NCBI GenBank assembly: GCA_963675665.1
Contig: OY776510.1
Location: 5,086,564-5,150,563 of the forward strand
Length of the DNA: 64,000 bases
Direction of reading: 5' to 3'
Source: Spirochaetia bacterium
GTDB lineage: Bacteria > Spirochaetota > Spirochaetia > UBA9216
Both the position numbers and the translations under genes were made by a program. This document shows, piece after piece, positions 29,154 to 37,841 of the stretch. Below the pieces are notes generated by a model. It ran no database searches. It was not told the DNA's origin and saw nothing but the letters and a program-made list of their open reading frames with translations. Position 1 is the stretch's first letter, and each line of letters opens with the position of its first letter.

Positions 29154-30629
29154 ATGAGTATACATTTTAACAATCTTACGTTCGGTTATTCCGAACTATT
29201 AATTAAAAACCTTTCCTGCTGTTTCGAACCGGGATGGACGGCTGTTACCGGCACAAACGGAGCAGGTAAAACAACCCCGCTTGATATTATTTCAGGGGTT
29301 CTGTCTCCGGATTACGGGTCGGTTTCGATATCAGGCGGCCATATCTACTGCCGGCAGGTACCTCATCATATACCAGATGAGGCAGAACTGTTGTTCAGCG
29401 ACGATTCGTCCGAGGCTTACCGGACAAGGCTGAGTTTCGGACTTCAGGACGACTGGCTGCCCAGATGGGATACCCTGAGTTTCGGAGAACAGAAACGGAT
29501 TCAGATTGCTTCAGCATTTCACCTTCAGCCCGAAATACTGCTCCTGGACGAACCTACAAATCATCTTGATTCGGAAAGCAGGGATATTCTGCTTAATGCG
29601 CTGCAGACTTTCCGCGGAACAGGCGTTATTGTAAGCCATGATCGCAGCCTGCTTGATCAGCTGCCTTACCAGGTACTGTTTCTCGATCCCCCTGAACACG
29701 ATCTTCGCTCCGGAACATATACACAAGCAAACCTGGAAAGACAGCAGGAAGCCTCTTTCCGAAAGGACCAGCGCGAAAAAATAACCAGAGATATCAGAAA
29801 ACTTGAAAACAGGGCATCGGGATACAGGAACCTTGCAAAATCGGCAGACTCAAGACGCTCGAAAAAAAATATCGGAAGAAAAGATCATGATGCAAAATTC
29901 AAAATGGACACGGCACGCATACTCGGCAAGGATGCTATTCACGGCAAGCTGATGAACCAGCTTCAGGGACGTATAAAACAGGATAGGGCGAAACTGGACT
30001 GTATTAAAACCGACAGGAAAAAAACATTTAATTTCGCCCTCAGCTTTGAACCGGGCCGAAGAAAGACCGTTTTTTCAATACCGGAAGACAGACTTTCGAT
30101 GGGAGAAAAGGTATTAAGCTTTGATACTTTTGAGCTGCGAACCGAAGATAAAGCAGGGATTACAGGTGTAAACGGAAGCGGTAAATCCACACTTCTGAAC
30201 CATATATATCAGTCCTGCAGGAAGGAGCGGACGCTTTATATTCCGCAGGAACTGGAGAAACAGCAAATCCGCAGTTTTTTCAACATGATTAACGAGCTCA
30301 ACTCATCAGAGAAAGGCGAAATTTATTCAATTATGGCAGCGTTAGGTTCGGAACCGGAAAGGGTTCTGCTGGGCGAAACCCCCAGTCCGGGAGAAATACG
30401 AAAACTTCTGATTGCCGACGCAATCAGAAAAAAGATTGAGCTATTAATTCTGGACGAGCCTACAAATCATCTGGATTTGTATTCTATTGAGGCGCTTGAG
30501 TCCGCGTTACATGATTACCGGGCCGCCATGGTTCTGGTCAGCCATGATCACTATTTTCTAAAAAACACGACAACAATACAATGGAGTATTACTGAAAATA
30601 AAAATAATAAATTTCATCTGAATAATTAG
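29154..30629 (+). CDS. ABC-F family ATPase (ribosome-associated, possibly antibiotic resistance)
   Basis: Two NBDs (GTNGAGKTT, LSFGE, LLDEPTNHLD; GVNGSGKST, SPGE, LDEPTNHLD), charged linker, no TM segments. Confidence 0.88.
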   Translation: MSIHFNNLTFGYSELLIKNLSCCFEPGWTAVTGTNGAGKTTPLDIISGVLSPDYGSVSISGGHIYCRQVPHHIPDEAELLFSDDSSEAYRTRLSFGLQDDWLPRWDTLSFGEQKRIQIASAFHLQPEILLLDEPTNHLDSESRDILLNALQTFRGTGVIVSHDRSLLDQLPYQVLFLDPPEHDLRSGTYTQANLERQQEASFRKDQREKITRDIRKLENRASGYRNLAKSADSRRSKKNIGRKDHDAKFKMDTARILGKDAIHGKLMNQLQGRIKQDRAKLDCIKTDRKKTFNFALSFEPGRRKTVFSIPEDRLSMGEKVLSFDTFELRTEDKAGITGVNGSGKSTLLNHIYQSCRKERTLYIPQELEKQQIRSFFNMINELNSSEKGEIYSIMAALGSEPERVLLGETPSPGEIRKLLIADAIRKKIELLILDEPTNHLDLYSIEALESALHDYRAAMVLVSHDHYFLKNTTTIQWSITENKNNKFHLNN

Positions 30630-30641
30630 AATAACAATCTG

Positions 30642-31394
30642 TTATACCGGAACAACAAAGGGAAAACCACCGGCGTCCAGAACCATGACATCCAGACCAT
30701 AAACCTCTTTCATGTTTTCAGGTGTTATAATGCTTCTGTCTCCCGCGGCATATATCAGACCGTCTTTCAGAAGAACAAATTTGTCTGAATACCTTAAAGC
30801 CAGATTGATGTCGTGCATGGTCATTACCGCGGCCCTGAAGCCGGCATGAATAAGATCCCGGATCTTTACCATAAGGCGATGCTGGTTACTTATATCAAGG
30901 CTGCTGGTTGGTTCGTCAAAAAGGATTACACGGGGGTCCTGAGCCAAAGTGCGGACTATCTGTACCAGCTGAAACTCTCCGCCGCTTATTTCATCCGCAT
31001 ACCGAAGAGAGAGGTCTTCAATACCCAGAAGCTTTATTGCTTCTTCTATCTTGTCATAGTCTTCCCTGGCCGGCTCCCACCTGAAATAGGGTTTCCGGCC
31101 AAGAAGGATAAGGTCGTATACTTTCATCCTGGAAATCTCACCCTGTTGAGGTACCCAGCCTATCTTTCGTGCAACTTCCAATGATCGCATATCCTCAACA
31201 TCTGTACCGTCAATCCGTACAGAACCTCTCAGGGGAGAAAGGACCCGGTTCAGGCATTTAAGAAGGGTTGTTTTGCCGCTGCCGTTAGGCCCCAGAATGG
31301 ACAGGATCTCTCCCGCCGCCACTCCGAAGGATACATCCCTGATTACGGGCACGCTGTTATACCGGAATTTAAGGCCGTGAACATTGAGGATCAT
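30642..31394 (-). CDS. FecE/BtuD-type ABC transporter ATPase
   Basis: GPNGSGKTT, ISGGE, FDEPTSSLD, HDINLA. Confidence 0.92.
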   Translation of the reverse strand: MILNVHGLKFRYNSVPVIRDVSFGVAAGEILSILGPNGSGKTTLLKCLNRVLSPLRGSVRIDGTDVEDMRSLEVARKIGWVPQQGEISRMKVYDLILLGRKPYFRWEPAREDYDKIEEAIKLLGIEDLSLRYADEISGGEFQLVQIVRTLAQDPRVILFDEPTSSLDISNQHRLMVKIRDLIHAGFRAAVMTMHDINLALRYSDKFVLLKDGLIYAAGDRSIITPENMKEVYGLDVMVLDAGGFPFVVPV

Positions 31395-32449
31395 CTTTTT
31401 CGTCCTGCTATAAGCAGATAAATAAACAGAGGCCCGCCCGACAGGGATGTCAAGATTCCTACAGGAAGAACCATAGGAGAAAGAACTGTTCTTGCCGCTG
31501 TATCCGCCGCTAAAAGGATTATTGCTCCGACCAGCGGAGAAGCAACCAGTAAAAAGCGGTGGTCTCCGCCAAGGATTTTCCTGGCGATATGCGGCCCCAG
31601 AAGGCCTACAAATGCTATTGTTCCAAAAAAGGACACTATTATTGCCGAAAGAATGGAGGCTGACAACATCCCGATTATTCTGACGACCCCGGTTTTTACA
31701 CCGAGTCCCCTGGCCGTATCTTCTCCCGTATCCAAGGCATTAAAATTCCATCGAAAGTAAAAGAACAAAATATATACGGGAACCAGCACCAGAGCAATAA
31801 TCAACAGAAAGTGCCGGTTTGCCCGGCCGAGATCTCCAAAGGTCCAGGATATTATGCCGGCCAGCTGAATACTGTCGGCAAGATACTGCATGAGGGTAAG
31901 ACCGGCCGAGAAAATTGAGCCGATCGCAATGCCCGCCAGCACCATACTTTCAGCCGAGATTTTGGTTAAAACGGTAAGCAGGAGAATCGCTGCTGTTGAC
32001 AGGGAAGAGAAAACAAAAGCTGAAAAAGCGACTGTAAAGGAATCGCTTATAATAATAGTTGATGTAGTGCCGGTTCCTGCTCCAAAAAAAACGATGGCAA
32101 ACGACGCTCCAAAAGCTGCAGCGCTGGAAAGGCCCAGCGTATATGGAGATGCCAGCGGATTTCGAAGCACCGACTGCATGACCGTCCCGGAAAGGGCCAA
32201 CCCTGCCCCTACAAGAAGTGCGGCAATTATCCTGGGCATCCGGACATCCCGGATAATCCTTCCGGCACCGGTCATATCGAACCCGAAGATACCTGAAACC
32301 ACCTCTTTCAGAGGTATTCTGATAGTCCCCGTCGAGACGGATATAATTACAAGCAAAGCAAGGAGCAGTCCTGTAACGATAAGAAAAACAATCTTTCTTC
32401 TTATATATCCCCTGTAATGGTAATATATCGAAGAGCCGTTATGAAGCAT
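31391..32449 (-). CDS. FecCD/BtuC-type ABC permease
   Basis: RMPRI, MQSVLRNPLASPYTLG, GTIAFVGLLGPHIAR, PVGILTS. Confidence 0.92.
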   Translation of the reverse strand: MLHNGSSIYYHYRGYIRRKIVFLIVTGLLLALLVIISVSTGTIRIPLKEVVSGIFGFDMTGAGRIIRDVRMPRIIAALLVGAGLALSGTVMQSVLRNPLASPYTLGLSSAAAFGASFAIVFFGAGTGTTSTIIISDSFTVAFSAFVFSSLSTAAILLLTVLTKISAESMVLAGIAIGSIFSAGLTLMQYLADSIQLAGIISWTFGDLGRANRHFLLIIALVLVPVYILFFYFRWNFNALDTGEDTARGLGVKTGVVRIIGMLSASILSAIIVSFFGTIAFVGLLGPHIARKILGGDHRFLLVASPLVGAIILLAADTAARTVLSPMVLPVGILTSLSGGPLFIYLLIAGRKR

Positions 32450-32451
32450 AT

Positions 32452-33600
32452 TTAATTAAACCAGTCCACTCTTTCAGGGCCGGCTTTCTGCCGGGCAACA
32501 ACAGTATCGTAATCCAGCGGCACTCCGAAGAAAAGGTTCCAAATCTCCTCAGCCTTATCTTTTATTGATACATCACCGTACAGCTCCGGATAACATACCT
32601 TACCGGTATAATAGACATTAATAAGCTGATTTTCCCAGTTGGTTCCGTAATATTTATATACAAAGGTTGTATGAACTTCACGGTTTATAAATGCCGGAAC
32701 CTGCTCTTCAAGGACCGTCCGGTTTGTCATAAACCCGGCTTTTGAAAGATTTACATTTGCCGCGTCGATAAATATATAATCCGGGGAAGCCGCTATCAAA
32801 TCTTCAAGCGACGTCATATATGGTTGAAGGTTTCCCGCGGGATTTGTGGGCATTACATTTTCCGTACCCGTCAGTTCAAACGGAAGGTAGTCTCCTGTTG
32901 TACGGAGCAGATCGGCAGGCCCGTAGTACATCATACCGCCGGCATAAGCCTTTTGGGGAGCCTGTGATTTCACAGCCCGGGCTTCAAGATCCTTTATAAC
33001 AGCATCAATACCCGCTACCAGCTCTTCAGCTCTTTCTTCCCTGTCCAGCACCAGGCCCAATGTTTTAAGTTGATTATAAAACAGTTCCAGGTCAAAAAAC
33101 TCCACATCAATATTGACGCCGAATACAGGTATTCCCAAAACCTCCTGAAGATGATCCAGCTGGCCGGTATCTACGGCAGAGGATATAATGACATCCGGAG
33201 CCGCCGCAATTATTCCTTCATGGTTTTCCCCGCTTCCTATGCCCGGCAACTGCCGAAGTTCCGGAAAAGCCAAACGGTAAGTTGCCAGATAAAAAAAGTC
33301 ATGAACTGTTTTTTCCCTGCCGTGTCCCGAATCTTCAACAGCAATCACCTTGTCCGCAGCATTCAGATAACTTACAAGTCTTAAAGAGCCGGCATCAAGA
33401 GCAATAATGCTGTTGACTTCTCCCGGTACCGGGACATCACGACCCCTCATATCGGTAACAGTAAAAGTGTTACCGGGTTCTGATATTTCCTGCTGCGGCA
33501 TGGCAAAAAGACCCGAAAATATGCAGAAGACGAAAAGACCGATAAACAAAACCTTTATAATCGACTGTCGATATACCCTGTAATTGCGAGCGTTCAACAT
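32452..33600 (-). CDS. Metal-chelate/cobalamin ABC substrate-binding protein (Peripla_BP_2)
   Basis: Signal peptide; TVTDMRGRDV.VP, EGIIAAAPDVII, SLEDLIAASPDYIF. Confidence 0.88.
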   Translation of the reverse strand: MLNARNYRVYRQSIIKVLFIGLFVFCIFSGLFAMPQQEISEPGNTFTVTDMRGRDVPVPGEVNSIIALDAGSLRLVSYLNAADKVIAVEDSGHGREKTVHDFFYLATYRLAFPELRQLPGIGSGENHEGIIAAAPDVIISSAVDTGQLDHLQEVLGIPVFGVNIDVEFFDLELFYNQLKTLGLVLDREERAEELVAGIDAVIKDLEARAVKSQAPQKAYAGGMMYYGPADLLRTTGDYLPFELTGTENVMPTNPAGNLQPYMTSLEDLIAASPDYIFIDAANVNLSKAGFMTNRTVLEEQVPAFINREVHTTFVYKYYGTNWENQLINVYYTGKVCYPELYGDVSIKDKAEEIWNLFFGVPLDYDTVVARQKAGPERVDWFN

Positions 33601-33671
33601 AAAAACCTCCGGTGTTTAATCATCATTGCCCTTTAGATGTGTTTTGATTAAAGCAACAAGTGAATTTAACA

Positions 33672-33699
33672 GTGTTACGTTATTTTATTTTCGTGTTAC
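33672..33699. promoter_or_regulatory. Candidate NikR-type operator GTGTTAC-N14-GTGTTAC
   Basis: Exact 7-bp direct repeat with an AT-rich spacer between the nikR-like gene and the transporter. Confidence 0.55.
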
Positions 33700-33775
33700 T
33701 GGTATAGAAAATACTATTTTTTTGTTTTCAGGTCAATAGCCGTAAACAGTTCAAAAGGCTTTAAAGGTGCGAAAT

Positions 33776-34198
33776 TTATTTTTTTATCAATTCTCTGTAT
33801 AATTCATCCGTAGCAGAAATAGTAAGTTGGCCGATCAGATTTTTATTTGATAAAAGTTTTCGGGCCCAGGCATGGACCTCTTTACCCTTGCCCTTGATAA
33901 CCATAACCTTTACACAGATTTCCTTTTCCGCATGAAGCTGTAAATTGGCTGTGATTCGCACCGATGGAAAAGAACTTACCGATACGCGGGGAAGACGGGT
34001 TTCGTAATTATACAACAGGGTTACGGTTCCGATAACTTCCCGATCAGCATCATGGGAACCGACTTCGATCAGCTCCTGCCTGACCAGTTCCCGTATTGTT
34101 TCGGACCTGCTCTCATGTCCTCCCTGAGAGGTCAGCCTGTCCAAAAGCTCGACGAGCTCACTGTCCATAGATACACCGAAGCGTATTGTATCACCCAT
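33776..34198 (-). CDS. nikR: NikR-like ribbon-helix-helix regulator with a degenerate metal site
   Basis: IRFGVSMD.EL...SRSE.IRELVR RHH; VIGTVTLLY; LQLH...CVKV...KG. Confidence 0.75.
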   Translation of the reverse strand: MGDTIRFGVSMDSELVELLDRLTSQGGHESRSETIRELVRQELIEVGSHDADREVIGTVTLLYNYETRLPRVSVSSFPSVRITANLQLHAEKEICVKVMVIKGKGKEVHAWARKLLSNKNLIGQLTISATDELYRELIKK

Positions 34199-34304
34199 AC
34201 ATCCTCCAAAATTTAAAGTAGCATTAATAAAATAAATATATGCGGCTGAAACAAGGTGATCAGCAGATTTCGGCGGCCGCCAATCTTAAAACATGGAAAC
34301 TCTT

Positions 34305-34709
34305 CTATATCTTCTCCAGAAAAGCATACAACTCGGGCGCCCTGTTCTTCAGATTAATAACCTTCAGTTTGGCGTCGGTCCAGGCATGGGACGTTCGGCC
34401 CGTACAGAGAACTTCTTCCTCACCTTTTCGTCTTACCTCGTAACCCAGCACAAGCCGTGCAATTGACAGCTTCTCTACAAAACAATGAACAGTCACTGTT
34501 TCGCCGTAGCGTACTCCGCCTTTATAATCACATTCAAGGTGGGCGGCAGGCAGCATAATTCCTTCTTTCTCAATCCGGGCATACGGATAACCAGCCTGAT
34601 CCATCATGTCGGTTCTTGCCGCTTCGAACCAGACCGGATATACACAATGATGAACCACACCCATCTGATCTGTTTCTGCATAACGGACGACAATATCTGT
34701 ATAACTCAT
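34305..34709 (-). CDS. Acyl-CoA thioesterase (YbgC/4HBT family)
   Basis: VRYAETDQMGVVHH.VY..WFE.AR. Confidence 0.9.
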   Translation of the reverse strand: MSYTDIVVRYAETDQMGVVHHCVYPVWFEAARTDMMDQAGYPYARIEKEGIMLPAAHLECDYKGGVRYGETVTVHCFVEKLSIARLVLGYEVRRKGEEEVLCTGRTSHAWTDAKLKVINLKNRAPELYAFLEKI

Positions 34710-34770
34710 ACTTCAGGTTAGCATAAAGCCGTACTGGTCTTCAAGCAATGTTTAATGTATGATTGACCTG

Positions 34771-35148
34771 ATGGCAAGAACTGTTTTCAGACTGCTGGAC
34801 TTTATAATTATTGCCGCAGCAGTCGCTGTTGTAATATTATTATCTGTTTATATATACTCTTCCGACTCCGGAGAGGCTGTAGTAAAAATCACAGCCGCCG
34901 ACACCGAATATATTTACCCTCTTTCTCAAAACACTGAAGTATTTATTGACGGGCCCATCGGTCAGACCCTGGTAATAATCAGCGACAGTAAAGCATGGAT
35001 CTCCGAATCTCCATGTGAAAATAAACTGTGCATTTTAATGGGTCAGATTTCAAAACCCGGTCAATGGGCGGCCTGCATGCCGAACAGGGTATTCATCTCA
35101 ATTGAAGGAGGCAGCGATGATCAGGAAATCGACGTTCTCTCTTACTGA
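34771..35148 (+). CDS. NusG domain II-containing protein
   Basis: N-terminal TM; GPIG, SPCENKLC..MG.I...G...ACMPNRV. Confidence 0.88.
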   Translation: MARTVFRLLDFIIIAAAVAVVILLSVYIYSSDSGEAVVKITAADTEYIYPLSQNTEVFIDGPIGQTLVIISDSKAWISESPCENKLCILMGQISKPGQWAACMPNRVFISIEGGSDDQEIDVLSY

Positions 35149-36292
35149 TACGGCGGTACTCGCAGCCTTCTGCATGTTTCTGTCCATTATTGAATATATG
35201 ATACCCAAACCTATGCCGTTCATGCGCCTTGGTCTGGCACATCTGCCGGTTCTGCTCTCGCTGCTCATTTTCCCGGCGAGAGGTACATTGCTGCTGACTC
35301 TGCTTAAGATTCTCGGCCAGGGGCTGGTAAACGGAACCCTTTTCTCATATGTGTTTCTGTTCTCGGCAGCAGGATCGGTTTCAAGCACTCTGGCAATGCT
35401 TATCGTATACAGGCTTTTCCGAAAAAGAATCTCTCTGATAGGCGTAAGCGTATGCGGCGCAATGGTTTCAAACATTGTTCAGATTCTGCTTGCCAGGGTT
35501 TTTATTTTCGGCAGGGCGGCTGTTCTGATAGCGCCCCCGTTCCTTGCCGTCGGCATTATAAGTTCGGTTCTGCTCGGACTTTTTGCCGCAGGTTTTGCTT
35601 CCCGTTCGGAGTGGATAAGCAATCGTACCGACAGTGATTTTTCAAATTCCAACATTGCTGCCGACACCATGAATACCGGCAAAGTTTTTTACCGAAAATC
35701 GTTTTCCGGTTTATCTTTGCCCGGGATTACGTTTCTCTTCGGGCTTCTGTGCATACCAGCTTTTGTATTTCAGCATAATACAATTTTTATAATATCTGAA
35801 ACTGTGTTCTTTATTATTTTTTCTGTTTTGCGAGGAAAACATTTCAGGCTGCTGCCCAATCTGCTGATGGCCGCGGGCATAATCACGGCAAGCCTGCTGG
35901 TTCCTTACGGAAGGGTTATCGCTGAAATAGGGACTTTGAAAATAACACTGGGGGCTATTGAAGCCGGAGCCCGGAGAGCTGCTGTCATTATCGGGTTAAT
36001 CTACATTTCGAGGGCTTCGGTTATCAGGGGTCTTGTTCTGCCGGGAAAACTGGGGAATATGCTGTCGCTGGTATTTTATTACTTTGAAAAATTAACAGAG
36101 GGCGAACGGATAAGCCGCACAAATATTTTCAGCCAGCTTGATAAAAAGCTGCTGAGACTGTCAGGCCCTTTCGAAACTGAAAAGGGAAAACCGGTTCAGG
36201 ACGAATCAGCTGCAACATTACTGCAGTATATTGTTGCTGCGCTTCCCATGCTCTTTGCATGGGTTCTTTTTGCTCTTGAAACACTGTGTTAA
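35117..36292 (+). CDS. Gx transporter (HepS component I-like) fused to an ECF T-like membrane domain
   Basis: LSIIEYMIPKP.PFMRLGLA, FSYVFLFS, IGVSV.GA..SN..Q; C-half P.GRV....G.LKIT.GA...G; AAGGAGG SD before ATG 35117. Confidence 0.8.
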   Translation: MIRKSTFSLTDTAVLAAFCMFLSIIEYMIPKPMPFMRLGLAHLPVLLSLLIFPARGTLLLTLLKILGQGLVNGTLFSYVFLFSAAGSVSSTLAMLIVYRLFRKRISLIGVSVCGAMVSNIVQILLARVFIFGRAAVLIAPPFLAVGIISSVLLGLFAAGFASRSEWISNRTDSDFSNSNIAADTMNTGKVFYRKSFSGLSLPGITFLFGLLCIPAFVFQHNTIFIISETVFFIIFSVLRGKHFRLLPNLLMAAGIITASLLVPYGRVIAEIGTLKITLGAIEAGARRAAVIIGLIYISRASVIRGLVLPGKLGNMLSLVFYYFEKLTEGERISRTNIFSQLDKKLLRLSGPFETEKGKPVQDESAATLLQYIVAALPMLFAWVLFALETLC

Positions 36293-36299
36293 GCCGATT

Positions 36300-36950
36300 C
36301 TAAAAACGGTAGCGGATACCTGCCTGAGGATTAAGACCGGCATCTACCGGCATAATTGAGCCGAACTCCCATGTACCGCCTATGCCAATTTCAAAGGGCA
36401 CAGAGAAATGATCAAAAAATACCAGCTCAAACCCGAACCCCAAACCTCCAGCCAGTCCCGGCACATATACCGGCTCTGAAACACTGGTGTTACGGTACTC
36501 CTTGTACGGGCTGCCGTCTTCCGGATTAACCGTTACTTCTTCATAGTAATAGGTCGTTCTCATTACCCCTATATGCATACCGCCCAGAAACAGGTACAGG
36601 CAACCGTCGAACCAGTCGCCGTATGAATCTTCATAAAGCATATACTGGACTTCAACTCCGATGTTATAAGTAAACTCATCTACATTTACCGGATCAGCTG
36701 TATAATAGGGTGATATGGCATATAACTCCTGTTCCTCCGGATAATAGAACAGACCGGCAGCATACTGGAAGCCCACCTTGCCGAACCAATGCTGATGACT
36801 CAGCCCGCTTCCGGCGATTGGGCCGAAAAAACCGCCGAGTGCGTTATCATAGGTATTAAAAATGTTCTCATCATCGGCCGTTGCCGAAATCACGATAAAA
36901 AGCGAAAATAAAAGAAAAAGAAACAGTATTTTTGATAATTTATTTTTCAA
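36300..36950 (-). CDS. Hypothetical exported protein, likely an outer-membrane beta-barrel
   Basis: Signal peptide, Gly/aromatic alternating strands, C-terminal GIRYRF. Confidence 0.65.
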   Translation of the reverse strand: MKNKLSKILFLFLLFSLFIVISATADDENIFNTYDNALGGFFGPIAGSGLSHQHWFGKVGFQYAAGLFYYPEEQELYAISPYYTADPVNVDEFTYNIGVEVQYMLYEDSYGDWFDGCLYLFLGGMHIGVMRTTYYYEEVTVNPEDGSPYKEYRNTSVSEPVYVPGLAGGLGFGFELVFFDHFSVPFEIGIGGTWEFGSIMPVDAGLNPQAGIRYRF

Positions 36951-36967
36951 TATAACCCCCTCGAAGA

Positions 36968-37315
36968 TTATTCCGGGGCAAGCCCGGAAGCCCTCCTTTC
37001 CGGAATACTCGCAGGTTCCTCACCTGAGCCGGCAAATGATTCCGACATATAAAGACCGCAGTAACAGTGGCCGAATTCACGTACATCCTCGGCACAGTAT
37101 TTACACGGACAGATTACGTCCCGGTCTTTCTCACGTTCGCCCCATGCTTCCCTGCACGGGCACTGAAAATATCCGAATTGCTGATAGTTATTATAAAGCC
37201 CTTCTATGACAGAATCGCGAAAATCAGCATCAGGATTCAGAACCCATCCGTTTTTGTCCGCCGCATTTTCAGCAAATTCGGCGACATTTTCTATTGCAAG
37301 TTTTTTTTCTCCCAT
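36968..37315 (-). CDS. Ferredoxin-thioredoxin reductase catalytic subunit
   Basis: CPCR, ICPC, HCYC motifs. Confidence 0.9.
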   Translation of the reverse strand: MGEKKLAIENVAEFAENAADKNGWVLNPDADFRDSVIEGLYNNYQQFGYFQCPCREAWGEREKDRDVICPCKYCAEDVREFGHCYCGLYMSESFAGSGEEPASIPERRASGLAPE

Positions 37316-37317
37316 AA

Positions 37318-37614
37318 TCAGCCCAGCTTTTCAAGCCACTGGTCTTTTTTGAAACCCTTGATAAAATCAGAGTCGTCAATTATCAGAAAAGGATAGAGGA
37401 TATCCGGTGAAAAGCGGCTTTTCACATCATCCTTCAGCGTAATTCTTTCGTCGCGATCAAGCTTGTCGACATCAACAAAACTGTATGACCAGCCTTCTTC
37501 ATCAAGAAAAGCTTTAGCGCGTTTGCAGAATCCGCAGGTCGACAGCCCAAGAAAAACAAGTTCTTTGCCTGCTCTTGAACCTTCAATTTTTGTAAAATTC
37601 GTTAAATCAATCAT
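37318..37614 (-). CDS. Glutaredoxin-like protein
   Basis: LSTCGFCKR, YP cis-Pro, GF; 2 bp before the FTR gene. Confidence 0.88.
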   Translation of the reverse strand: MIDLTNFTKIEGSRAGKELVFLGLSTCGFCKRAKAFLDEEGWSYSFVDVDKLDRDERITLKDDVKSRFSPDILYPFLIIDDSDFIKGFKKDQWLEKLG

Positions 37615-37841
37615 TTGATAAATATACTATAAAATCACGGGTTTTCCAAATAAAAGCAGACCGGAAGAAAGAACAGTATAAACCATTCTTCCTCCCGGTC
37701 AATTTGATAAAGGAGAATTGAGCCAGCAAAAGCTCTCATGAAAAACTATAGAGCCGTTCCGTTAAATGTTGTTTTCGGAGGGGTTGGAACGGCTCCGAAA
37801 AATCAGGGATAACGCACTTGTCCTTACGTCCCCCCTGAAAC

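Noticed and set aside
33600-33776. Cobalamin riboswitch before the FecCD/Btu-type transporter
   Set aside because: AT-rich, with no B12-box or GGGAA / GCAACTGT elements; the same holds upstream of the corrinoid gene at 27620-27830
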